NCBI GenBank assembly: GCA_965233865.1
Contig: OZ247587.1
Location: 1,632,001 to 1,696,000 of the forward strand
DNA length: 64,000 nt
Source of the DNA: Candidatus Neptunichlamydia sp.
Lineage (GTDB): Bacteria > Chlamydiota > Chlamydiia > Chlamydiales > Simkaniaceae
Direction: 5' to 3'
The notes below the pieces were generated by a model. That model did no database searches and was not told the DNA's origin. It saw only the letters and a program-made list of their open reading frames with translations. Made by a program: the position numbers and the translations under genes. Numbering within the stretch: the stretch's first letter is position 1; every line of letters begins with the position of its first letter. Positions 8,448 to 17,624 of the stretch are shown piece by piece.

Positions 8448-10218
8448 GAAGGGCTTTAACATCTTTCTTTGAAAGTCCAGGAAGCTCTTCAAGTTGGTCT
8501 TTTGAAGCTTCTTTGATCCGTTTCACACTTCCAAAGTGCTTTAAGAGGAGGGTGCATTTTTTTTGGCCAATCCCTGGAATTCCATCTAGCTCGGTTTGGA
8601 TGAGGCGTTTGCTTCGTCGTTTTCGGTGATAGGTAATGGCAACTCGGTGTGCTTCGTCCCGGATTTTCTGCAAGATAAAAAGAGTAGAAGAGCGAGGAGA
8701 AAGAAAGATAGGATCTTTTTTATGGGGAATGAAGATCTTTTCAAAATTGAGTCCTTTGTCGTGTTTCCCGTCTTCTTTGGCAAGAGAGATGATATCGACA
8801 TTGGCAATTTCCAATTCTTTAAAAACTTCCAGGGCGACATTTAGCTGCCCTTTTCCTCCGTCGACCATTGTCAAATCGGGAAGGTCATCTTTTTTCTTTG
8901 CTTTGGTATAGTGGCGCAAAAGTGCCTCGCGCATTGCGCCGTAATCATCTGGTTTATCGATCCCTTTTATTTTAAAAAGACGCGTTTTCTCCTTGTCTCT
9001 TTTACCATTGGTAAAGCCCACCATACAAGCAACGAGATCAGCCCCAGAAATATTGGAGGTATCAAAGCACTCAATTTGGACTGGATAATGGGCAAGCCCA
9101 CAGGTTTCTTGTAGATCAAGAAGGAGATCTTCTTTAGATTGCTCTTCAGTGAAAAGAGATTTTGCATTTTTTAACGCCAATTGAATGAGGTGGGCTTTCT
9201 CCCCTCTTTTTGGGCGCATGATGGACACGCCAATCAGCTCTTCAACTGTCTTTTGATTTCTTAAGGGGCTTGAGAGGAGAACCTCTGGGGGGCGGAATTC
9301 TTTCTGTTGGTAATGCTGAAGAAGAAAGGATTCCCAAATCTCTTCGTCAGTAGAAGCAAGTTCAATAAAATTAAAGTGATTGGTGCCAATCAGTCGCCCT
9401 TCTCGGTATACAAGCTTAGAAATGATATGGTGTTTTCCCTCATGGTAAAGAGCAAAAATGTCACAATCCTTTCCCTTGGAGCGGACAATGGTCTGCTTAC
9501 TATGTGTGACATGTTCAATCTGATTGATTTTTTTGCTCAGTGCTCCTGCTTTTTCAAATTCTAAACACTCAGAGGCCTTGAGCATTTCTTCTTTGAGGTT
9601 TTTAATGACCTGTTTGTCATTCCCTTTAAGAAAATCTATACAGCGGCTTACTTCCTCATTATATTCCTCTTTGGTACATTTTGAAGCGCATGGAGCAATA
9701 CAGCGCTTAATAGAGTATAGAAGACAGGGGCGATGGCGAGAGGAAAGTTCACGATCAGAGCATTGGCGGAGTTTGAAGATGCGATTCATTAAATCAAGGG
9801 TTTGTCGCGCCGCAAAAGCGCTTGTATAGGGACCAAACGAGAGCTCACCTTCTTTAGGTTTTCCTCGATGACGCACAATACAAATCATTGGCCACTTATG
9901 CCTGTGATTCACAGTCAAACTAATGAATGTCTTATCATCTTTGAGGAGCACATTATATTTTGGTTGGTGCTTCTTAATAAGGTTGTTTTCTAGGAGGAGA
10001 GCTTCTTTTTCAGAGAAGGTAACAATTGTATCAATTTGTGCTACCTGAGAGGTAAGAAAGGGGACCATCATCCTCCCATCTCTACCAGGAATAAAATATT
10101 GTTTTACTCGTTTACGGAGCTGTTTTGCTTTCCCAATATAGAGGATCTTTCCACCTTCATTTTTCATCAGATAGACACCTGGCTCACTGGGGATTCTTTT
10201 GAGATTTTCGGGATTCAT
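8422..10218 (-). CDS. uvrC: Excinuclease ABC subunit C
   Basis: PGVYLM...YIGKAK.LR.RV GIY-YIG domain, IECFDTSN, DGGKGQL, RDEAHR and HhH. ATG at 10218 overlaps the mutS stop. Confidence 0.95.
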   Translation of the reverse strand: MNPENLKRIPSEPGVYLMKNEGGKILYIGKAKQLRKRVKQYFIPGRDGRMMVPFLTSQVAQIDTIVTFSEKEALLLENNLIKKHQPKYNVLLKDDKTFISLTVNHRHKWPMICIVRHRGKPKEGELSFGPYTSAFAARQTLDLMNRIFKLRQCSDRELSSRHRPCLLYSIKRCIAPCASKCTKEEYNEEVSRCIDFLKGNDKQVIKNLKEEMLKASECLEFEKAGALSKKINQIEHVTHSKQTIVRSKGKDCDIFALYHEGKHHIISKLVYREGRLIGTNHFNFIELASTDEEIWESFLLQHYQQKEFRPPEVLLSSPLRNQKTVEELIGVSIMRPKRGEKAHLIQLALKNAKSLFTEEQSKEDLLLDLQETCGLAHYPVQIECFDTSNISGADLVACMVGFTNGKRDKEKTRLFKIKGIDKPDDYGAMREALLRHYTKAKKKDDLPDLTMVDGGKGQLNVALEVFKELEIANVDIISLAKEDGKHDKGLNFEKIFIPHKKDPIFLSPRSSTLFILQKIRDEAHRVAITYHRKRRSKRLIQTELDGIPGIGQKKCTLLLKHFGSVKRIKEASKDQLEELPGLSKKDVKALLSFQQTSR

Positions 10219-12764
10219 GAGAGATGGTCTTTCCATTCTTGAATCTTTTTGAGAGCTTCAAGAGGAGTTGTCGTGTTTAAATCGAGTTTTTGAACCGCTT
10301 CTGCAAGCCTTTCAAGTGAGGATTCTCTTGGAGAGGGATCTGTTGCTGAAAAAAAAGAGAGTTGCTCTTCTGGATTAGGAGGAGGATCGAGGCCTTTTTC
10401 TTCAAGCTTATGTAGGACTTCATGGGCTCGCTTCAAGACTGGCTGTGGAAGTCCAGCAAGACGTGCCACATGGATTCCATAGCTTTTGTCGGTGCTTCCA
10501 GCAACGATTTTCCTTAGGAACACGATCTGATCAGCAGCTTCTTGCACCGCGACATGGACATTGCTTGCTCCAGCATGGTACTCTTCAAGTTCGGTGAGTT
10601 CCCAATAATGGGTGGCAAAAAGGGTTTTACATCCCACTTTTAATAGGTGCTCAGCAACTGCCCAAGCAATTGAAATCCCATCAAACGTGCTGGTCCCTCG
10701 TCCGATTTCGTCTAAAATTATAAGCGATTGGGGAGTAGCATTGTGAAGAATGTTTGCCGTCTCTGTCATTTCGATCATAAATGTGGATTGCCCACGTGAC
10801 AGGTCATCACTGGCTCCAATACGACTGAAGACCTTATCTACAATTCCAATATGTGCCCTTTTTGCAGGGACATAGGATCCCATTTGAGCCATGATTGTAA
10901 TCAGTGCCACTTGTCGAATGTAGGTGGATTTTCCTGCCATATTTGGGCCGGTAATGAGGAGGAGCCCTTTATTTTGGCTTAAGTGGGTATCATTCGGAAT
11001 AAATGAGTCGCCTATAAGAGAAGCCTCAATTACAGGGTGCCTACCCACTTCGATTTCTAATTGATTTCCTTCGTCAATCACAGGTTTTGTATAGCGATGG
11101 GCTTTGGCAACAATTGCTAAAGAGAGAAGAACATCAAGGGAGGCAATGGATTTTGAAAGAGAGAGGATTGTGTCGATATGCGATGCGATTTCAGCTCGAA
11201 GTTTTTGGTAAAGATGACTCTCTATCTCATGAATTTTCTCTTCGGCGGTGAGGATTTTTTCCTCATAACTTTTAAGCTCTGGAGAAATGAATCTCTCATT
11301 ATTGACGAGGGTTTGTCTTCTTTGAAATGTTAAGGGCATCCGATCTGCTTGCCCTCGGCTTACTTCGATGCAGTATCCAAAGGCCTTGCTGAAGATTATT
11401 TTTAAGGTCTTTATCCCCGTAAGATCTCTAAGCTCGGTTTGATAGTTAGCTATCCACGCCTGGCTATTACTTTTTAAAGAACGGAGCTCATCTAGTTTAG
11501 TGCTTACTCCTGGGTTAATCACTTTCCCATCTCTCAACTTGGCCGGGGGATCATCAACAAGAATTGCTTTTATTTGTTGAGTAATGGGAGAAACATCAGG
11601 AAGGGTGAGGGACTTAAAAAGAGGGGATTGGAAGGTCTTAATTGTCTCATTTAAGGAGGGGAGGGCATCCAAAGAAATTTTTAATTCCATTAGGTCTCGG
11701 GGCGATGCGCTTCCAGTGGAAATTCGCATCATCAGTCGTTCGAAATCTCGGATTGGATGGAGCTTTTCTTTTAGAGAAAGATGCTCCATAAGTTCTTCAA
11801 CCCCTTCTTGCCTTTTTTGGATTTTCTCCACAGAAAGGAGGGGATGAGTCAGCCAAGACTTAAAGAGGCGAGCTCCCATCGGGGTGTGGGTGTGGTCTAG
11901 AAGTTTTAAAAGGGTAAAGCTCTTTCCTCCCTTATGGAGGGAGGCCGTGAGTTCAAGGTTGCGCTGCGTTGCTTGGTCGATTGCCATATAGGAAGAGAGC
12001 TCATCTAAGATAATCGATTTGATATGGGTGGTTGAAAGGCTAAGCTCGTCCTGAACATGAGAGAGAAGAGCTCCTGCTGCCGTAGTTGCGGTGATCATTC
12101 CTTGCAGGCCAAAGCCATCGAGGGAATGCAGTTTAAAGTGGCAAATTAAGGTATTAAATGCAGTTTGAGAATCAAAGTGCCAATTCTCTTTCTTAGTGAC
12201 CCTTAAAGGAAGTTCTTTTAGAAAGGGAGCAAAGGCTTTATGGTCCCTTTCAGAAATAAGAATTTCTGAAGGCCCACGTCTTGTAAGTTCATCTTGCAGC
12301 TTTTGAATTTCACTCGCTTCACTCACGCGGAGCTCTCCTGTCGAAATGTCAAGGAGGGCCAAGGAAAATGTTTGATTTAATGTGTACAAGCAACCGAAAA
12401 AGTTATTATCTTTTTCAGGAAGAGATCTCACAAGAGTTCCGGGAGAAACAACGCGAACCACCTCGCGCTTTACAAGGCCTTTCACTGATTTTGCATCTTC
12501 AACTTGTTCGGCAATTGCGACTAAAAACCCCTTCTCAACAAGTTTTTCAATATACCCCTCAGCAGATTGAGCAGGAACTCCACTCATAGGAATCCCTTGC
12601 CTTTGTGTTAGAGTGACATCTGCAGCGTCTGAAAGGAGCTTTGCATCTTCGTAAAAAGCTTCATAAAAATCTCCTAAACGAAACAAAAGAAGGGCATCTT
12701 TTGCTTTTTGTTTGCAAGCATTCCACTGCATCATCATGGGGGATGGCTTTGTTGCCGTATTCAT
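10215..12764 (-). CDS. mutS: DNA mismatch repair protein MutS
   Basis: FRLGDFYEAF, TGPNMAGKSTYIRQ, DEIGRGTST and SYGIHVARLAG. Confidence 0.97.
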   Translation of the reverse strand: MNTATKPSPMMMQWNACKQKAKDALLLFRLGDFYEAFYEDAKLLSDAADVTLTQRQGIPMSGVPAQSAEGYIEKLVEKGFLVAIAEQVEDAKSVKGLVKREVVRVVSPGTLVRSLPEKDNNFFGCLYTLNQTFSLALLDISTGELRVSEASEIQKLQDELTRRGPSEILISERDHKAFAPFLKELPLRVTKKENWHFDSQTAFNTLICHFKLHSLDGFGLQGMITATTAAGALLSHVQDELSLSTTHIKSIILDELSSYMAIDQATQRNLELTASLHKGGKSFTLLKLLDHTHTPMGARLFKSWLTHPLLSVEKIQKRQEGVEELMEHLSLKEKLHPIRDFERLMMRISTGSASPRDLMELKISLDALPSLNETIKTFQSPLFKSLTLPDVSPITQQIKAILVDDPPAKLRDGKVINPGVSTKLDELRSLKSNSQAWIANYQTELRDLTGIKTLKIIFSKAFGYCIEVSRGQADRMPLTFQRRQTLVNNERFISPELKSYEEKILTAEEKIHEIESHLYQKLRAEIASHIDTILSLSKSIASLDVLLSLAIVAKAHRYTKPVIDEGNQLEIEVGRHPVIEASLIGDSFIPNDTHLSQNKGLLLITGPNMAGKSTYIRQVALITIMAQMGSYVPAKRAHIGIVDKVFSRIGASDDLSRGQSTFMIEMTETANILHNATPQSLIILDEIGRGTSTFDGISIAWAVAEHLLKVGCKTLFATHYWELTELEEYHAGASNVHVAVQEAADQIVFLRKIVAGSTDKSYGIHVARLAGLPQPVLKRAHEVLHKLEEKGLDPPPNPEEQLSFFSATDPSPRESSLERLAEAVQKLDLNTTTPLEALKKIQEWKDHLS

Positions 12765-13213
12765 TTTGTGATCCTTTTTAGCAATCTTTTCAAAAGACCT
12801 TCTTCCTTTTCACCATTGATGATATCAAGAGCCTCTTTAGCCTCTTCGATTCCCTTTGCAATTTGTAGAATGACACCATCACACCATCTTTGCGACTCTT
12901 CGATATCTGTTTGGAGTTGTTCTAACTGCTTCAATATTTCTTGTGGGGATTTTGAAATATTTACGTCTGGGAAGGCATTGCTTGTCTGAAGCTCTGTTTT
13001 ATAATTGTCAATCGATTGTCTAAGCTCAAAAATTTCGATCAGCAGGGGAAGAAAAGTCTTTTTAAACTTCTCCCGCACTCCTTTTGTTGCTAAAGAGGGG
13101 ATGATTTTTTTTGGCTCTCCATGAGATGCCATTTTATTTAAAGAGATGGACTCCGATAAAGGAGAGGCCTCTAGCTTTCGATAGACCTTTTTTTTGAAGT
13201 TTGCTTTATTCAT
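12761..13213 (-). CDS. Hypothetical coiled-coil protein
   Basis: 150-aa ORF whose stop overlaps the mutS start. Confidence 0.65.
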   Translation of the reverse strand: MNKANFKKKVYRKLEASPLSESISLNKMASHGEPKKIIPSLATKGVREKFKKTFLPLLIEIFELRQSIDNYKTELQTSNAFPDVNISKSPQEILKQLEQLQTDIEESQRWCDGVILQIAKGIEEAKEALDIINGEKEEGLLKRLLKRITK

Positions 13214-13263
13214 GGTTTCACCTTAAGATTAGTAGTGTATATCGTCAGTGAAAAAATGTCGAC

Positions 13264-15048
13264 ATGGGTATTTATACAAAAAAAAGCTTAGAGCTTCTCA
13301 GAGAAAAGATAGACCTCATTGAGGTGGTTTCTTCCTATGTAAATCTAAAACCTGCGGGGAGTAGTTACAAGGGAGTTTGTCCATTTCATGATGAGAAAAC
13401 CCCCTCGTTTATGATCCAGAAAGGGGAGTCTCATTACCACTGCTTTGGTTGTGGTGCGCACGGTGATGCCATTGCCTTTTTGATGGGATACATGAAAATG
13501 AGTTTCATTGAAGCCATTGACACTTTGTCAGAACGGTTTCAAGTTCCTTTAGAAGAAGCAGAATATGAAAAACGCTCAGAGGGTCCGACAAAGAAAGAGC
13601 TCAAAGATGCGCTTTTAAAAGCTTCAGGATTTTACCACACCTATCTTCTCCACAGCGATGAGGGGCATGTCGCCCTCAAATATCTTTATGATCGAGGGCT
13701 TGATCTAGATTTTATTCGCCTTTTTAAAATTGGGTTTGCTCCAAGAAAGGGCGCTTTGTTTGGGAAGTTTCTGCAGAAGCACCGCTATAGCGCTGCCCTT
13801 TTAGAAGCAGCAGGGCTGATTAAAACCCTTCCCGATGGGAAGAAAAAGGCTTTTTTCTCCAATAGAGTTACATTTCCTATCCTTGATGTTTCAGGTGGAG
13901 TGATCGGTTTTTCTGCTCGGAAGACTTCTGAAGGTATACCTGGCCCCAAGTATCTCAATACTCCTGAAACGCTTCTTTTCAAGAAGTCAAGCACACTTTA
14001 CGGTCTTAGCTTCTCTAGACGGCGGATTGCAAAGGAAAAGCGGGCGATTGTTGTTGAAGGGCAAATTGATGCTCTTCGCCTGATCCAGGCTGGATTTAAC
14101 ATTACTGTTGCAGGGCAGGGGACAGCATTTACCGAGGATCATGTAAAAGTGCTTCTTAATCTAGGGGTTACTAAAATTTATCTTGCTTTGGATGGAGATG
14201 CTGCAGGGCGGGCCGCTGCTTCAAAAATTGGGAATCTCTTCCAAAAAGAGGGCGTTGAAGTTTGTTGTGTTTCCGTTCCTCTTGGAATGGACCCCGATAC
14301 AATCCTGAAAGAGCAAGGCCCTCTTGCATTTAGTGAACTTCTTGAGAAAGCTGAAGATTATCTTTCGTTCATTATCTCCTATTTTTCAAAAGACAGTGAT
14401 CTTTCTTCCCCCTCTGAGAAAAACCATCTCATCCAAACGATCGCTGCGCGGATTCGAAGCTGGGACCATCCTCTGATGGTTCATGAATCGCTTCGGAAAC
14501 TTGCGCGACTGACCCAAGTTCCCGAGAAACTCGTTGGTGTGGGTCAAGAAGATATGCGGCGCTCAACCTTTGTTAAGCGAACAGGAAGCGTTTCAGAGGT
14601 AGAAATCAACCCTAATCGAGTGATTGAAACCGATCTTCTTCGATGGCTCTTTCTTCTTGGAGACTCGAAGCCACAACTCCTCTCAGTTGTGAAGGAAAAT
14701 ATCCGCCCCGAGCACTTTACCATTCCCCTTTGTCGTCGCCTTTTCTCTGTATACATGGAAACCACTGAAGCTGATCTTCTTAGTCTTGCAAGTAATCTCA
14801 ATAACACCGAAGAGCAGCTACTCTTTTCTCAGATCGTTCAAAAGAAGGTGAATCCTGAAAAGGCCGAAGAAGGGGTACTCGAAACTGCAACAAAAATGCT
14901 CCAACATTATTGGATGGAAGAGCGTGAAAAGATCAAAATTCAAATTCAAAGTGGGCGCTGCTCTGAAGACGAAGTTTTGGAGCTTGCTAAACAATTCGAT
15001 GCTCTCAAAGGAGCTCCCCCTTCAATACTTTGGAGCAGATCGGTTTGA
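13264..15048 (+). CDS. dnaG: DNA primase
   Basis: CPFHDEKTPSF...CFGCGAHGD Zn finger, KYLNTPET, and VEGQID/DGDAAG TOPRIM motifs. Confidence 0.96.
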   Translation: MGIYTKKSLELLREKIDLIEVVSSYVNLKPAGSSYKGVCPFHDEKTPSFMIQKGESHYHCFGCGAHGDAIAFLMGYMKMSFIEAIDTLSERFQVPLEEAEYEKRSEGPTKKELKDALLKASGFYHTYLLHSDEGHVALKYLYDRGLDLDFIRLFKIGFAPRKGALFGKFLQKHRYSAALLEAAGLIKTLPDGKKKAFFSNRVTFPILDVSGGVIGFSARKTSEGIPGPKYLNTPETLLFKKSSTLYGLSFSRRRIAKEKRAIVVEGQIDALRLIQAGFNITVAGQGTAFTEDHVKVLLNLGVTKIYLALDGDAAGRAAASKIGNLFQKEGVEVCCVSVPLGMDPDTILKEQGPLAFSELLEKAEDYLSFIISYFSKDSDLSSPSEKNHLIQTIAARIRSWDHPLMVHESLRKLARLTQVPEKLVGVGQEDMRRSTFVKRTGSVSEVEINPNRVIETDLLRWLFLLGDSKPQLLSVVKENIRPEHFTIPLCRRLFSVYMETTEADLLSLASNLNNTEEQLLFSQIVQKKVNPEKAEEGVLETATKMLQHYWMEEREKIKIQIQSGRCSEDEVLELAKQFDALKGAPPSILWSRSV

Positions 15049-15270
15049 TCAAATGGCTTCTTCTTATCTGTTCTGAGAATATTTCCTTTTTTTTCTGCAT
15101 TCGCAATAATAAATTGATTATAGGGATAGGTTCATGATGTTTTTGAGCCAAAGAAAAAAATAGACTATTCTTAAAGTGGCTTAAATTATTGATTATTAAT
15201 AAAAAATCTTGACAGAGACTAAGTTTGAGTGCACTCTATTGAGAGAGTATTTTAACAAGCATAGGAACAG

Positions 15271-15789
15271 ATGCTCTACTTTGTTGCAACGCTTAGTATT
15301 CTTTTTGTCGTGCTTCTTCTTCTTCTCCTCTTTACCTGGAAGAATGGGGTCTCACCGATGCCCACATCTCACAAGATACGTGATGCCCTTTTAGAAAACC
15401 TTCCTAAGCTAAACGATGAAACAGTTATTGAGACGGGCTCAGGGTGGGGAAATCTTCTTTTTCCCCTTTCGAAGAAATACGCAAATTGCTCGATTATTGG
15501 TTTTGAAAACTCGCCAATTCCCTACCTTTTTTCCTCCTTTCTCAATCACTCAAAAAATTTGAAAATTGTGAGACATGACTTTTTTGAAAAGTCTCTGCGG
15601 GATGCAAGCCTCATTGTGTGTTATCTTTCCCCAGAGAGTATGGAGCGTCTCAAAGAAAAATTAGAGAGGGAACTTCGTCCAGGAACACAGGTTGTTTCCC
15701 ACACTCATGAAATTTCTACTTGGAAACCAAAGAAAACCATTTCCGTTGACTCGTCGATGATTTATCTCTACGAGGTACCTAATGCTTAA
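15271..15789 (+). CDS. Membrane-anchored class I SAM-dependent methyltransferase
   Basis: N-terminal TM, GVSPMPTS, ETGSGWG motif I, and CYLSP...KLERELRPG. Confidence 0.82.
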   Translation: MLYFVATLSILFVVLLLLLLFTWKNGVSPMPTSHKIRDALLENLPKLNDETVIETGSGWGNLLFPLSKKYANCSIIGFENSPIPYLFSSFLNHSKNLKIVRHDFFEKSLRDASLIVCYLSPESMERLKEKLERELRPGTQVVSHTHEISTWKPKKTISVDSSMIYLYEVPNA

Positions 15790-15915
15790 TTACAAAAATT
15801 CGCGAATATTATTTCGCTCGAATTTTTCAAGGGCAGCAAAATGCGAAGCGCGAGCATGAAGATGATTCGAGAAAGGTGAGTAAATAATAAAGCGAATTTT
15901 TGCAATTAGGCACTA
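15780..15915. repeat. 136-bp element with long imperfect terminal inverted repeats (MITE-like)
   Basis: TAATGCTTAATTACAAAAATTCGCGAATATTATTT ... AAATAATAAAGCGAATTTTTGCAATTAGGCACTA. Confidence 0.65.
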
Positions 15916-15949
15916 AAAACCAGAAATAATTTAAATTTTGGGTAGCTTC

Positions 15950-16367
15950 ATGAAAAAACTATCAATATACTTTGCGGGAACAATTCAAAAAAACCACGAA
16001 ACTCTTGAGTCCAGGTGGACTCAAGAAGATTTTGAGAGCTTGCAGATGCAGTTGCGCCCTCATTCCCTCCTTTTTCTTAATCATGCGCAGCGATCAGATA
16101 ATCTATCAGATCAAGAGTCAGTATTTGGGCGTGATATAGCTAAAGTGACTTAAATTAGTTATTTTTAGTACTCCCTGAAAATACTATCTATTCCATAGTT
16201 AATATAACTAAAACAACTCACTTTATCTATATGACTCAGATCTTTCTTGCAGATATCGTTTTTGTTGATGCACGCCACCGTCATGGCCTTGGCGTAGATG
16301 CTGAGATGATGTGGGCGAAGTTTCATGCTAAACCGGTCATCATCCTGGCTCCTGAGGAAACACACTA
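15950..16367 (+). pseudogene. Nucleoside 2-deoxyribosyltransferase-like gene, split by a MITE and truncated by IS630
   Basis: Reconstruction MKKLSIYFAGTI...FGRD-MTQIFLADIVFVDARHRHGLGVDAEMMWAKFHAKPVII fits the IYxAG / D....AD / G...E..A....KPV pattern. Confidence 0.65.
16137..16229. mobile_element. 93-bp IS630-derived MITE, copy 2
   Basis: TA on both flanks; same length and ends as 8131-8223. Confidence 0.9.
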
Positions 16368-16772
16368 TAGCTAAGTTGATATAATTTAGTTATAGACAAT
16401 ATTCCTTAAAAAGTTCATCTATTCCACATTGATATTTTCTTCGTTTAGATTTTGCTTGTGCCCATTTATGCTCAATAGGATTTAAATCTGGGGAATATGG
16501 GGGAAAATATTCCAAGATGTGGCCTGCAGCTTCGATCTTTTCTTGCATAGATTTGCTTTTATGAAACGATGAATTATCCATAACCAAAACGCTTTCAGAA
16601 GGAAGTTTCGGCATCAAGTCTTGCTCTGCCCAACTGCTAAAGGCATCTGTATTAATATTACAATCAAACAGTGCAAGAGTAGGAAGGTTTGTTCCAAGTA
16701 ACGCCCCTATTGCATTTGTCCTCCCTTTTGCTCCCCAGTCATGGGTGCTGAAGCACCTCTTTCCTATTACGG
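16368..16772 (-). mobile_element. IS630 family element, 3' remnant (transposase C-terminus plus right IR)
   Basis: VMDNSSFH and PPYSPDLNPIEHKW; IR TAGCTAAGTTGATATAATTTAGTTAT after TA; near-identical to 20416-20749. Confidence 0.9.
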
Positions 16773-16787
16773 TAGGTGCATTTTTGT

Positions 16788-16884
16788 AAAAAGTGCACCA
16801 GGAGGATTGAAGCCTCCCAGGGCATGAAACTAAGGCACTACTCGTACATAGCCGTCTCAAGGTGAAAATGATTACGAACCATCT
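16788..16884 (-). ncRNA. Candidate structured small RNA
   Basis: TTGATA-N18-TAAGAT upstream, several hairpins and a terminal U5. Family not recognised. Confidence 0.3.
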
Positions 16885-17033
16885 TCAAATCTTAAAAGAT
16901 AAATTTTCTTTTTATCAAAAAAAACTTTTTAGTCCCTGAATTAATATTTTAAAAAGTTTTTTGTAATTTGTTGCAATTATAGATATTTTAATTTAATCGT
17001 TGTATTATGAAACTAAAAAAGAAAGAGGATCCT

Positions 17034-17624
17034 ATGTATAAAAAGTATTTTGGGATTGAAACGCCCATTGTTTATTTAAAAAACGTCAAAGTTCAAAAGA
17101 AAGCCCAAGAACGCTTTAAGCGTTCTTGGAAACGGTTTTTAAAAAAAGCTAAACCGATAGTTTCTGAATTTCGAGGAGAGCGCTTTGATGCTTTTTTCAG
17201 GCAGCTTGAAAAAGATGGATGTGATGAAAGATATAACCGTCGTGTCAGTATCCGATTTATCAATCCTGTTGTTGGATACGGTGTTTTTGCAAAGGAAAAC
17301 ATCCCTCCTTATTCTACGCTTTGTCAGTACACGGGGGTGTTAACGATCGATGATGAGATTGATCCGGATCATGACAGCACTTTTTCTTTTACCGATTACA
17401 AAACATTTTCTATTGATGCTGCAAAGCATGGGAACTGGGCACGGTTCATGAATCATTGCGCTGAGGGAGAAGAAAAGAATAATACGATTCCTTGGGAGCA
17501 TTATTTGGAAGAAGGACCTCGGATCGTTTTTACTTCTGGTCAATATGGGATTAAAAAGGGGAAGCAGATTCTCTATTCTTATGGAGATGACTATTGGGCC
17601 GAAAAAAAGTGTGTTAAGTTTTAG
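17034..17624 (+). CDS. SET-domain protein-lysine methyltransferase (NUE-like)
   Basis: GYGVFA, YTG, ARFMNHC and YSYGDDYW. GAGGA precedes ATG 17034. Confidence 0.88.
   Translation: MYKKYFGIETPIVYLKNVKVQKKAQERFKRSWKRFLKKAKPIVSEFRGERFDAFFRQLEKDGCDERYNRRVSIRFINPVVGYGVFAKENIPPYSTLCQYTGVLTIDDEIDPDHDSTFSFTDYKTFSIDAAKHGNWARFMNHCAEGEEKNNTIPWEHYLEEGPRIVFTSGQYGIKKGKQILYSYGDDYWAEKKCVKF

Noticed and set aside
16790..16850. Complete tRNA gene
   Set aside because: A T-arm-like hairpin and acceptor-like pairing exist, but only about 24 nt lie between them, too few for D and anticodon arms.
16775..16860. N-terminal part of ORF 16390-16860 as transposase sequence
   Set aside because: IS630 similarity begins only at VIGKRCF; the upstream codons are chance read-through.
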